DNA of 64,000 nt from Antedon mediterranea. Lineage: Eukaryota; Animalia; Echinodermata. The notes beneath the pieces were generated by a model that saw only the letters and a program-made list of their open reading frames with translations, was not told the DNA's origin and searched no databases. The DNA lies in the NCBI RefSeq assembly GCF_964355755.1, contig NC_092672.1, positions 18,427,237 to 18,491,236 of the forward strand, in the 5' to 3' direction. Position 1 is the stretch's first letter, and each line of letters starts with the position of its first letter. The position numbers and the translations under genes are program-made. This document shows positions 52,631 to 64,000 of the stretch, one piece after another.

Positions 52631-53011
52631 AAGAATCCATTCTAGATAGATTATTGGTAGTCTAATAATAGTTGTATTTAGTAGGTGTCGCCTACTAATA
52701 TCATCGCGAAATATGCTAATGAGGCAAACATCTACTAACAACTATAAAAAATCTATCAAATATCTATCTACTAGTAGGTGATAAATAGGCGACAGCTCTA
52801 TATCTACTAAGCCGGATAGACTATAAGGCTAACCGCTATAGAGCTATAACTACTAAGACTTTTTGTTATGGGTTAAAGATTTTTCATGACCCTTGACACA
52901 AAGCAGATATATTAATAATAATATTTATTTGGAACAACACTTTTTTAACAGTAAAAATTTTGAAGGATCAGGGTCAAAGATCAAGGTTAAAAAAAAAATA
53001 AAAAAATAATA

Positions 53012-53080
53012 ATAAGTGGGACTTGAACCAGCGATCTCAACTGTGAGAGGCTGGATACATAACCATTACACCACACTGTC
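53012..53080 (-). other. Degenerate tRNA-derived sequence
   Basis: rc GACAGTGTGGTGTAATGGTTA..GGTTCAAGTCCC has A/B boxes but no proper acceptor stem. Confidence 0.55.
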
Positions 53081-53191
53081 ATTCACAACTTTGTAGTGTG
53101 CAGTTAACATATTTACACAATAGAACTAATAAAAAAAAATGTGTAAAAAAAAAATATTCAGGGGGAATTTTATGTAGGGGAAATTTACAGT

Positions 53192-53231
53192 AGGCGGAGG
53201 TTTGCACTCTCGGAGTACCCTCTATCTAGTT
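53192..53231 (+). mobile_element. Helentron/HINE-like 3' end
   Basis: GGCGGAGG-TTTGCACTCTCGGAGTAC..CTAGTT subterminal motif plus hairpin; 5' end not found. Confidence 0.45.
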
Positions 53232-53520
53232 GCATTTTGTTTTTATTTAAGATTGGTAAGACAGGTTTATATACAGTATTTTAATCAGTTATTGTGATTT
53301 TTGTTTCAACAGTTTAACAATTATGTATTTTTAAATGATTGCTTACTAATCAAAGTGTATCCTATACAAATTTTATTTAGAATTACTGATATCAGTATTG
53401 TTATACACCATTCCATTCATGCTTTTTATCTATAAACAAAATAAATGTTTACAGTATACACTGTGGAAAAGGACTTATTGTGGTATATCTAAAGTTGAGT
53501 TGTAGGCAGTGAGTATATAG

Positions 53521-56102
53521 GGGTCATTCCATCTCAGTTCACCCAAAAAAAATGGAATTTTAAACCCTACCTCTTCCAATTTTGATGAAATTTGGTATAT
53601 GGGTGATTCATAGCAATTAAAGCCAACATTTCAAATTTTAACTTTATCGGACCAACGGTTTTCGAGATATCGCAATTTCAATTTTCGGTTTTTACGCAAA
53701 AAAGCGCGCGGCCGCCACGTTTCAAAGAGCTGTATCTCGGGAACTATAGGTTCGATTTTAAAAACAAAGGTATTTTTGTAAAGGGGAGACCATAAGGAAC
53801 CTAAATATACTAATTGTGTTTGTTTTATGTTAATTTTAAGTTGAATAAAACTTTGACATATATTTTGACCTTGAAATTGACCCCGTGGAACACGCCCGAT
53901 TTGTTGGTGACTATCACGAAAAATGTAGCCCTACGTGTCAACTACAACATATAAAAAAATTGGAGGGGTTTTTTTCTTTGTTTCCATGAAATTACAATTT
54001 GAAGTTGACATACCTCTTCCTTTTAGTGTATTTTTGGTGTTGTTATACTTATACACAGTGTGAACACTAACTGTTAAGGTGTCTTATTGTTACGCTTTCT
54101 CATCAGGCCCACTTAAACAGTAGATGTATTTTGATATGAGAAATACTGGGTAACTCACATACTTTTCAAATCAATTTTGACACATAGTTTAGTGTCCTTA
54201 CTATGTTATTATGCACATTAACATATGCATAATAAGTGATTGCAGAGAACATACAACAGTTACTGTATATGCCTTTTTAAAGGTTGTCATCCCCTATATA
54301 AAAACAAAACTACCAACCATGAAAAAAGTTCATTATTTCACAGATGGATGTGGCGGCCAATACAAAAACAAATATTACTTTATTAACCTTTGCCACTACC
54401 AGGAAGATTTTGGTTTAGACGCCGAGTGGAATTTTTTCGCTACATCACATGGCAAGAGTGCGTGTGATGGCATAGGTGGAACAGTTAAGAGGCTTGTCAC
54501 TAAGAGAAGCTTACAGCGTTTGACTGAATGTCATATTATCACATCTCTCAGTATGTTCGACTACTGTGTAATTTTTTATTTCTATTTTATGTCTTTAGGC
54601 AATGTGGCCAAGGATTATCAATAGTGAATTAGTCACTGTCCTATCAGATAGGTGGTAATCCCCCTGATACAGGGGCTATTGTGTGAACCAGTTCACCGGG
54701 GTAACCCCCTACTCTTTTTCGAATAATGAACTGGGTCCTTTAAAGTACACACATGTTATAACTGTGTACACTGGACTATGGTTTATAGTCCTTATCCGAG
54801 AAGACTTGAAGAGAGGAGCGAGTCGGCCTCGAACCCTTGCCGATGTTGTTGTCTTTTAGGTACGGTAAACGGCGCCCCTGCCTTAACCGCTCGGCCATAT
54901 GACTCGCTCATATGGACATTCCAGGCATCAACTTTTTTCATGTGGGAATAGATGAGGTATCTACTGTAGAAAAAGAAATAAAGCCGAGATTCAACCTCGC
55001 CCAGACCATCAAGGGTACATTACAATATCATCGCTTTGTTCCCGTTTCTCTGGCACAGATGCAGGTCTACAAACTTAGTACCCAGATAAACCCTCCGGAT
55101 GTGGTAGTGATTCAAGAATCTTTCAGTGATGAAAATGAAATTGTTGCTGATACACAACCCACCATTATTAGACTTCAGAATTTTGTGTGCTGTAGTTATG
55201 ATGGTGTCCCATGGATTGGTTTGGTGGTGGATGTCTCACTCTCAGAAGAGTTTGGGGATTTTCAAATTAAATTTATGCATCCTCATGGGTCAGCGAAAAC
55301 CTTTTATTGGCCGTCCAAAGAAGACTGTTGTTGGATTCCTGAATCAAATGTACATTGTATTATAGCCTCTCCGTTTATAAAATCCTCTCCGTTTATAAAA
55401 TCCTCTTCGACTAGGAATTACAGTATTTCCCAAAATGATCGCCACAACATTTCTAAATACTGTTTGAATTGTCCAGATGACAAGGAGTAAAGGCCAGACA
55501 TAGACAATTGTAACATTATAATAATATTTAGTTTGTAAATAAAATTAATTTTGGAATACATCAAATTGACATTGAAGTAATGCATGGACAGACACCAAAA
55601 ATACACTAAAAGGAAGAGGTATGTCAACTTCAAATTGTAATTTCATGGAAACAAAGAAAAAAACCCCTCCAATTTTTGTATATGTTGTAGTTGACACGTA
55701 GGGCTACATTTTTCATGATAGTCACCAACAAAACGGGCGTGTTCCACGGGGTCAATTTCAAGGTCAAAATATATGTCAAAGTTTTATTCAACTTAAAATT
55801 AACATAAAACACACACAATTAGTATATTTAGATTCCTTATGGTCTCCCCTTTACAAAAATACCTTTGCTTTTAAAATCGAACCTATAGTTCCCGAGATAC
55901 AGCTCTTTGAAACGTGGCGGACGCGCCCTTTTTTGCGTAAAAACCGAAAATTGAAATTGCGATATCTTGAAAACCGTTGGTCCGATAAAGTTAAAATTTG
56001 AAATTTTGGCTTTAATTGCTATGAATCACCCATATACCAAATTTCATCAAAATTGGAAGAGGTAGGGTTTAACTCATTGGGTGATCTGAGATGGAATGAC
56101 CC
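53521..56102 (+). mobile_element. Sola2 DNA transposon, deletion derivative, copy 2
   Basis: Same TIRs as 22021-24598, TSD ATAG (53517-53520, 56103-56106); transposase pieces 54211-54570 (FTDGCGGQYKN, HGKSACDGIGG) and 54912-55490. Confidence 0.93.
54571..54909 (-). mobile_element. Same Deu/Nin-like SINE inside Sola2 copy 2
   Basis: Same position (between FDYCV and MDIPG codons) as 23069-23423. Confidence 0.8.
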
Positions 56103-58047
56103 ATAGGCTTTTCCTATATAATACTAAAACATCAAGAAAAAGTCTATCACTACACTATTTGTACAGTAATAAAAACATAGCATACATTCTATTCTAGCAT
56201 CAGTCACTCTAAAAAAAAATGTCAATTACTATGGCCAGCCACTAAACAATCATTGTATGTACAGTACTTCAAACAAAAGCAGATACAGGATAATTGGTCA
56301 TTACTTCCTTAAATATTATAAAAAGTGGAATAACTGTAACACTACAGATAGCCTACAGTACAAACAAATTATGATTGCACAATTTAACAAAAACTACATA
56401 CTTTGTTTTAAAAGTAGAAATAACTTATTTTTCACAAACAAATTGTGATTTTAATTTACTGCACGATCTTGTTATTATTATTGTTATCATTATCATTATT
56501 ATTATTATTATTACTATTATTATATTATCGATTGCGACAGCAAAACATTTTTTTCTGCACAGACACTCTTTTGTGGGTTTGTCCCACCTTTATTTATTTC
56601 ATTTCAGTCGCATACTAACAATGTATAAATTGTGATAAAAATAAAAATAATCAGTAGGCCTACTTCTTAAATCCATCTTTATAACATCCTACACATATAC
56701 TACCCCGCCCCCTTCTCCTTTAGTCGGATCCTGGCTACGGCCCTAGGTTATATTATTACTAAACTAAACTACTAAACTTAATTACATTAAGAGATATCCT
56801 GGCATATGCAAGTGGTTCACCCCAAATACCTATCACAAGTTTTAACCAACCACCAATAATAGAATTTTTATCATCTGAAGATCAGTTTCCAACGGCAAAC
56901 ACCTCAGGGGTACCCATCTACCGCGCTACCGCTATCTCGACGTTTTCTACCGCATTTTTTTTTTTTTTTACCGCATTTTCAAATTTCCCCATATTTTTGG
57001 CCAAATTGATTTACGCTTACACCCAGGAACAATAGTCAATAACCAGACAAAAGTGAGGCAGGATGTTGAAACAATGTCTATTCATGCAGTCTCCGTGGTC
57101 TATTATTGTATTTTTATTTGTATGCACTGCCTTTTGTTAAACCGTAACAATAATATAAACATGCACGGTACTACACGCCGGCCGTAGAAAAAAAGAAGCG
57201 TTCAACCAACCGTGAATCAATCACGTGGTAACCGGATTACGCGATTATTAATTTTGGGAGGATCCAAGTTTTAACTAAATAAACGCTTTGATTACACAGT
57301 GGTTGAGACACGTTTTTAATAGTTATTACATTTTTAAACACCCTCATAATTAATGGACTCTACCAATGTTGATCCGCTGCAAAGAACAACAGATCGCACA
57401 TCGCACGAGGTTGTTGACGCGGTGTTTTATTTGGTTTTAATGTACGATCCGATAATACGAACATGTTAAATGGATTCGCCAAGCAAGTACTGTAGGCCTA
57501 CGTTTAATAAAAATTTACCTAAGATTGTCGTAAGCTCTTTTGTTCAAACTTGATATTTATAGCAATAATGCACCCGTTGCGGCATGCACGCTAGGCCTCC
57601 AGCCTAGGCCTACTCCTCGATCGATCATCGATGTCGCTGGTGGGGAGTTTCCCAGCGATAAGAAATCGGCGAAATAGCTCATAAACGGCCTACATTTTAA
57701 TGTTATATCTTTAATGCCAGTGTAATTACGTATGGATAAAACAATATAAAACTCAATGTTTTTCATCTGAAATAATATGTTAACTCGCGTAATGAAGCAT
57801 AAGACGGATTCGGAATAGTTTTTGGGTTTCAAAATGGTAGCTAGCTAGGCTAGGGCCTAGAAGTAGAAGCCCTAGGCTAGGCCTGTGCCTAAAAAAAATG
57901 AGTAAATTCTATTGGGCAATACTATCATGTGTAAATATTGTACATTATGTAATTAAGTTAAATTATGTTATATACTGAATTTTAGTTCACTGCTTACACT
58001 GTGATAAACAACTATCAGAGAGAACGTGGTTACATATCAACGACATT

Positions 58048-59265
58048 ATGGAATTGCTTCAATTGGTCCTCACCACCACATATTTCAGCTTCAGAGGGGA
58101 TATCTACCAGCAAAATTCAGGTATGGCCATGGGTAGTCCATGTTCTCCGATTGTTGCGAATTTATTTATGGAATGGCTGGAAAATGAGGCAATAACTACA
58201 GCTCACACCGACATAAAACCGAGGATGTGGAAAAGGTATGTAGATGACATTATAACAATAATTCCCAAGGATGCGACACAACCATTATTACAACACTTAA
58301 ACAAAATCGATGATGACATTAATTTCACTTGCGAAGAAATGTCCTTAACAGACAACTCTATCCCATTCTTGGATACGCTAATTCTAGTTGATGGGGAAGG
58401 CAACATCAACACTAAAGTTTTTAGGAAAGCCACCCACACAAATCAATACTTGGACTTTAACTCACATCATCCTCTACAACACAAGTTATCCGTTATCCGC
58501 ACACTTCTACACAGATGTAACACGATAATCACAAATAATCCAGACAAACAGAACGAAACTGAGATGATACATACTTCACTTAAACAATGCAACTACCCTA
58601 CATGGACGATTAGAAAGGTACAACGTAACCTAGATAAACAAAAAACGGACAAACAACCCGAAACAGAAGATATAAGAGGGTCGATATCCATCCCATATAT
58701 TCAAGGCCTGTCAGAGAAAATCAAGAGAACATTTAAAAAATATAACATACGAACATACTTTAAACCATCTAACAAAATTAAAAACTTAATCGTCCGACCG
58801 AAAGATAAAGCATGCAAAGAGGATTCCTGTGGTGTCGTCTACAAAGTGGGGTGCACCAACTGTGAGATGGTGTATATTGGGGAAACGGGTAGGGCACTCA
58901 AAACCAGAATTAAAGAGCACAAGAAAGATGTTGAGGAAAACACACAGAACATGCAGACGCGTGCATCACGGAAAGTTTCGTCCTCCATTTTACATAAATC
59001 AGCAATCACGGACCATATGACCACACACAACCACATACCTAACTGGGATAAGATAGAGGTACTACACAAAGAACAAGTTTGGCTTAAACGTAAAATTAAA
59101 GAAAGCATCAGCATAAGAAAGCAAAATAAAAATACAAAGATGAATAGAGACGAAGGCGCGCACCAACTATCTCACATTTACGATCAGCTTCTGACGACGA
59201 CTGGTCCCCTAGGCTACACAACAAAATCATCTAGTGGCTGGAAAGGAGACCAATCGGCGCCATAA
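58048..59265 (+). CDS. 5'-truncated Penelope-like RT plus GIY-YIG endonuclease (Poseidon-like)
   Basis: GMAMGSPCSP, RYVDD, FLD, YLDFNSHHP, GVVYKVGC..C..VYIGETGR..R..EH, NRDEG; homology starts ~58001. Confidence 0.93.
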   Translation: MELLQLVLTTTYFSFRGDIYQQNSGMAMGSPCSPIVANLFMEWLENEAITTAHTDIKPRMWKRYVDDIITIIPKDATQPLLQHLNKIDDDINFTCEEMSLTDNSIPFLDTLILVDGEGNINTKVFRKATHTNQYLDFNSHHPLQHKLSVIRTLLHRCNTIITNNPDKQNETEMIHTSLKQCNYPTWTIRKVQRNLDKQKTDKQPETEDIRGSISIPYIQGLSEKIKRTFKKYNIRTYFKPSNKIKNLIVRPKDKACKEDSCGVVYKVGCTNCEMVYIGETGRALKTRIKEHKKDVEENTQNMQTRASRKVSSSILHKSAITDHMTTHNHIPNWDKIEVLHKEQVWLKRKIKESISIRKQNKNTKMNRDEGAHQLSHIYDQLLTTTGPLGYTTKSSSGWKGDQSAP

Positions 59266-59274
59266 CGCATCATA

Positions 59275-59318
59275 GCAACTGAAGAAGTCAAGCTGACAGC
59301 TAGACGAAACTGTCTTGC
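59275..59318 (+). ncRNA. Minimal type I hammerhead ribozyme in the Penelope pseudo-LTR
   Basis: GCAA-CUGAAGA-A-GUC A AGCU GAC AGCU A GAC-GAAAC U GUC-UUGC; predicted cut after 59314. Confidence 0.78.
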
Positions 59319-59699
59319 CAACGTAAGTTTTATTGGTTTACTATCAAAGAACTACTTATATTATTATACGAATCGAAACCAGAAGAAATGTTTTCATTAT
59401 ACCGTATATATTTATTTATTTTTGTTGTTTTCCGGTACACTTGATTGATCTTCGTAGCATTACAGTCTCATGCAAAAGGAAAATGAGAAAATAAGCTTTT
59501 AGTTAATAGTCTTTTTTGTTTAAATTTAAGCACGTTTTATTGATTTGTAAATATTCATTACGGTCTCATGCAAAAGGAAAATGAGAAATTAAGCTTTTAG
59601 TTACTCATACTTTTTTTTAACAATTTTTTTTTTGTAACATTAATTTTAAATATTTTAAAAATCATATTTGTAGGTTTTTTCATATTTGTAGGTTATTTT

Positions 59700-61412
59700 T
59701 TTTTTGTTTTGTTGTAGGTAGGGGGCCACTTCCAAAGAAGAAGTGGAAGTCGACGATATTTCTCCTGGGTAATTCGAATAGTTCATTTTTACCACCACAA
59801 AGGGAGTTAGAGCGATTGAATAGAAATGGACTTGATATGTATTTTTGGTTTAACGTAATTAATATGCGAGAAATTTAGTAGGCTGATTGTCCGTGTAGCC
59901 CATACCCTTTCCACTGTTATTTTTACCGGACATGATACGGCAAAACAGTCCATGGAATTGGAAAACATTAACATTTAACATTGCTTGAAAAGTCTCTTGA
60001 AATAATACAGTTCTAGATTTTGATAAGGTATTTCCGATATGATAGTGTCCTCGATTGTTACGGTAAGGGTTTTTATTATGTTAAGTTACTCGTGATAATT
60101 CAATATTACCACTTTATACCAAAAGGTGTTCCTGCAGTTGCAAGACCAGGTACTGATGACCTGGGAGACAAGTTAACCAACATAGATTTAACCTTGAATA
60201 TAGCTGAGTTGGAGGATTTCATATATTCGCTTTACCCTAATGTTGGCCTTGCGAGGGTCGGGTTCACGTTTTGCCGGGCAACACGAGGCAGAGCACTTGT
60301 AGAGCCACCAGAAACCATCGAATCAGCGACAGACTTGAAAAAATTCATCAGGAAGGGTAAAATCTATATTTTGCCTAAACGAGATTTGATTCGACGGGTA
60401 ATTACACGCAACACTTTATTTACAATACTAGGCCTACAGTATATTGTGCATAATTCTATTTATATGACATTTCTATAACATTAATGAATGGCGTTGGTTG
60501 CATTTTTGTTACAGGCTGGACAACCGCATTCAAATATAAACGTAAGTACATACTGTCTCTTATGGTACTGATTAATAAAATTACTTGTAGTGTAATAACA
60601 TTTGTATAACTTAAATCTTTTAGCTTAATCTTGAATTAACTGATCCAGCGCCTGTAAGAAAAGAGGTAAGCTATCACGTCATTACAATTATTACTTTGAT
60701 ATATTATTTGGATATAATATATGTCATTATTTTATCTACAATAAAGTCATATCTATATAGTATCAATACAATTTTCAATTACAGATTCTTTAAATACCTG
60801 AATCGGCGTCTAGAGAACAAGTGAGTTAATCGTTGTTCAGCAGTCAATTAAAATAGATAATTATCTTCTCCCATAGAATCAGAATTTTAAAAACTGAACT
60901 AATAAGTTTGGCCGTAAATAGACTGACGGCTAGAGGAGATTACAAATAGGCCTAATACCAATACCAACAATTTTATCCAAAATCAACAAAATAAACATGA
61001 ACATTACATGTGTACCCACTTTGTTCGGTATTAGTTTATGACTCTGTTAAACAAAATAATATACTTTTCTTCTGTTTCAGGTTGGTGTTGCAATATCGTT
61101 GCCAATACATGTGCAAGGTGAGTTTTCTCAACCAAAGATAGCATAGCCCTACATTATGTAATAAATTAAGTTTAAGGTTTACTTTAAATGTTGGTATCGA
61201 CAACGTTACTGTAGATACTATACCGTTTCAGTTATTATTTTGTATTTAATTTGTTTAATTACTTTTGGTATTACCAGAATGAACCAGGGCCGTCGGGTAT
61301 AGAGGCAGTGCAACTTGAAGTAAGTTTACCTAAATACATTGTTTTATTTTTTTCCTTCAATTATTATTATATTTCTTTTCTGCAACTCCGAAGACTATTT
61401 TTTATTTAATTA
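59700..61412 (+). pseudogene. Dispersed duplicate of 39840-41572 (G2E3-like 5' exons)
   Basis: Near-identical introns and exons; ORF 60020-60478 vs 40163-40621. Confidence 0.85.
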
Positions 61413-61977
61413 CTTAGTCCGACACTGATTGCATTTTGTATTATCCAGGAATGGATGCAGGCGTAAGCGGGACATTAGCAACATCCCAAGAAAGTCAACT
61501 TGCAGTTGACGGTAATCAAGAATGTAACAAACAGGTACATATTTGTGCGTTTTTTTTATTGCAATTCCTTTTAAATCCATCATTCCGCTGACCAACGAGG
61601 GTTAATCACAATCACAAACAGAATTATCAAAGAGAGTTTCAAATAGAATTTATACCAAAATATTAAGCAGAAGCTTAAATAGACAGAAGTCTTGAAAACA
61701 AATATTAACCCGCTGGATCTCAGAAGAGATCAGAATCTCAGAAGATATTCTGCTCTCAGAAGAGAGTGCCAATGAGGGTTAATCACAATCACAAACAGAA
61801 TTATCAAAGAGAATTTAAATAGAATTTATACCAAAGTATTAAGCAGACGCTTAAATAGACAGAAGTCTTGAAAAAAAATATTAACCCGCTGGATCTCAGA
61901 AGAGATCCGAATCTCAAAGAGATTCTGCTCTCAGAAGAGAGTACCAACGAGGGTTAATCACAATCACAAATAGAATT

Positions 61978-63249
61978 TCTAGTTCTAGTCAATGATGCCG
62001 CTGCTGAAGGCTGTAGACACTGGAAATTTGTTGATGATCTGACATTGGGTGAGGTTATCAAATCTGGCTCAAGATCTAACTTTTTTTTTCTCTTTTATTC
62101 AATTTTTCACACTTCAAAAATAAGTATACAAGTTATGTGAAACAATGATAACAGGTATCATAGTAATAAACAATAAGGTAATCAAACTAATTTTTAAAAA
62201 AATATATAGAGATACTTGTACTTTAAAAAAACAAAAAAGTGTGAAAGGAGGTCAAATAAGTATGATACTTTAAGCTTAACCCCTAACAAGACTGCAGAGG
62301 ACGGTACATGACAAAAAACAGCACATGAAGTATTGATATTTGCAATACAAAATGCCTAGTAATATATATAATTAGAGAATAACAAATTTCGGTAACAATT
62401 GTGATTAAAATATAATATATAAAAAATAAGATAACAATAAATGAATTGCTTGCAGAGTTCACTTGATAATTTGAGTGAATGGTGTGAAACAAATGATGTT
62501 AAACCCAAGCTGGCTAAATGCCAAATAATCAGATTTAATTAAAAAAAAAAAACAACAGGTTGATATATCCTATAATATTGATAATTTTACTTTACCAGTA
62601 ATTAAAGAATTTAAGCATATAGGTGTTATTATCCAGAATGATCTCAAATGGTCTTTTAACGTAAACTACATTACTTCAAGGGCATCTCATAGATTGTTTT
62701 CTTTGTGCGTTTTAAAAATATCATGTGCACCAGTAAGTGACTTCATTACTGTATAAACTACATATGTAAGACCCATTCTTGAATATGCTTGTCAAGTTTG
62801 GCATGCATTAATAACTACCCAACAATCCAACCAAATTGAAAGAATACAAAACAGAGCCCTACAAATAATATTGGGTCAAGATACTTATAGTCTGGCCCTT
62901 GATAATGTTGGGTTACTAGCTTTGTGTACTCGTATAGCCTTTTGTAAAGTTATTCTGGCTTCTGAGAGATTTAGGGATATGTTACCGTTGTATAAATCCA
63001 ATAGACTCAGTTCTAGATCTCTCAGAAGTTATGCAGCCAATGGCTTGGAGAGGCGAATGTGTAGGACTGAAAGACTAAAAAAGTCAACAATACAGTACCT
63101 AGCTAAAATTTTGTAACTTTTTAGGTTTACTTGTATTTTGTGTTTTTCATATTCGTATTTTGATGGAATTATTTGTATTGTAATCCACCCTTTTCACCTT
63201 TTGCTGCTGGAGTGGAAGTTGTTTTTAAACCATAATAAATAAATAAATT
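61978..63249 (+). mobile_element. 5'-truncated L2/Crack/Daphne-type LINE, decayed
   Basis: WKFVDDLT, LQSSLDNLSEWC, GVIIQNDLKW, RPILEYACQVWH, IERIQNRAL, CRTERLKKS; (TAAA)n tail. Confidence 0.85.
62081..62448 (-). mobile_element. Retroposon 3' tail inserted into the LINE RT
   Basis: Splits the codons TCT AAC / TTG CAG; homologous to 5635-5860 and 10375-10620. Confidence 0.7.
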
Positions 63250-64000
63250 ATCAAAGAGAATTTCAAATAGAATTTATACCAAAATATTATAAAGCAGAAG
63301 CTTAAATAGACAGAAGTCTTGAAAAAATATATCAAGCAGAAGCTTGAAAGAGAATTATTTGTAGAAACAAATACAAAATACTAACAAGCATTAAGTAATA
63401 GGTATAGCTGTAAAACAAAAGGAATAATTTGCCAATAATTAGAATTCTACATAGATATCTTTGATCGATAATTAGTTTGTAGAAGCTAACTAAGAAGCCA
63501 GCAAAAGATATATCAATAAAGAGAAACAAAAATTGACGTGAAATTTAAATCATAGAATCAAAAGATAATATAAACTTGAATATTTTTTTTAAGAATTTTA
63601 ATAATTAAATATTTTGCTGTAGCCAATATTGTTTTAAAGTTTGAATCGATTAAAAGAGTGAAAGCAAATATCAAGTGGAATTTAATTGTAACATTTATTA
63701 AAATTGTAGAAGACATATAAATTGTTTTTGAATTTGAAATTTGAGTTCAGTATTTTGAGGGAATTTTTGCATAATGGATACAAAATTCATAACAATAGTT
63801 AATGGTCTGTTGTTGTTAGTGATTGTCTTAATAATATTTTGCTAAATTTATCCATAATTCCACAATCGACATTGTATTGACAATTTTGCACTCCTTACTT
63901 GTCACTTAATAGTTGCATACAGTCATGGATGACATCTTAGACCTACTTGATGAATGCTGTTCAACTAAGAATGTCGAAGATGTAAACACTATAAAAAATG

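Larger units (their letters stand above)
45748..52872. mobile_element. 7.1-kb non-autonomous CACTA/EnSpm-like element
   Basis: Termini CCCATAACGAAA..TAAGTAG / CTACTAAG..TTTTGTTATGGG, 3-bp TSD TTA on both sides, tandem arrays near both ends, no transposase ORF. Confidence 0.8.
61594..63330. repeat. ~176-bp tandem repeat (3 units), third unit split by a LINE
   Basis: GAGGGTTAATCACAATCACAAA at ~61597, ~61774, ~61949; third unit resumes ATCAAAGAGAATTTC at ~63250. Confidence 0.85.

Noticed and set aside
53012-53080. Functional tRNA gene
   Set aside because: Acceptor stem does not pair; embedded in repeat DNA
56900-57900. CAGGG-starting CpG-rich block, possible hAT fragment
   Set aside because: No partner TIR, TSD or transposase motif found

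Overview
AT-rich, intron-containing animal DNA (invertebrate, probably a deuterostome such as an echinoderm; inference from the repeat types and frequent TAGGCCTA). It is almost entirely nested mobile DNA and decayed transposon cargo genes, with no intact ordinary host gene. Main contents: (1) a tandemly duplicated ~4.3-4.8 kb unit holding a SET-motif/tyrosine-recombinase pseudogene, DUF4806-type exons and a 66/69-bp dyad satellite; (2) a Sola3-like transposase tail, MITEs, an Academ-type non-autonomous element (TAT TSD) and a GalEa-like Copia fragment; (3) a G2E3-like HECT ligase pseudogene interrupted by a Sola2 element (itself carrying a SINE), an exonic 16-bp expansion, a DIRS gag fragment and a complete, young BEL/Pao element (1262-bp LTRs, CCAAC TSD, no TGG primer site); (4) two further 5' paralog copies of that HECT gene; (5) 62-, 65- and 164-bp satellites, the last inside a 7.1-kb CCC...GGG CACTA/EnSpm-like element (TTA TSD); (6) a second Sola2 copy, Penelope elements with hammerhead ribozymes, and an L2/Crack-type LINE. 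The best candidate for a poorly described system is a CACTA-like platform combining SET-YR, DUF4806 and dyad-repeat arrays. Family assignments come from motif recognition by eye, not database searches.
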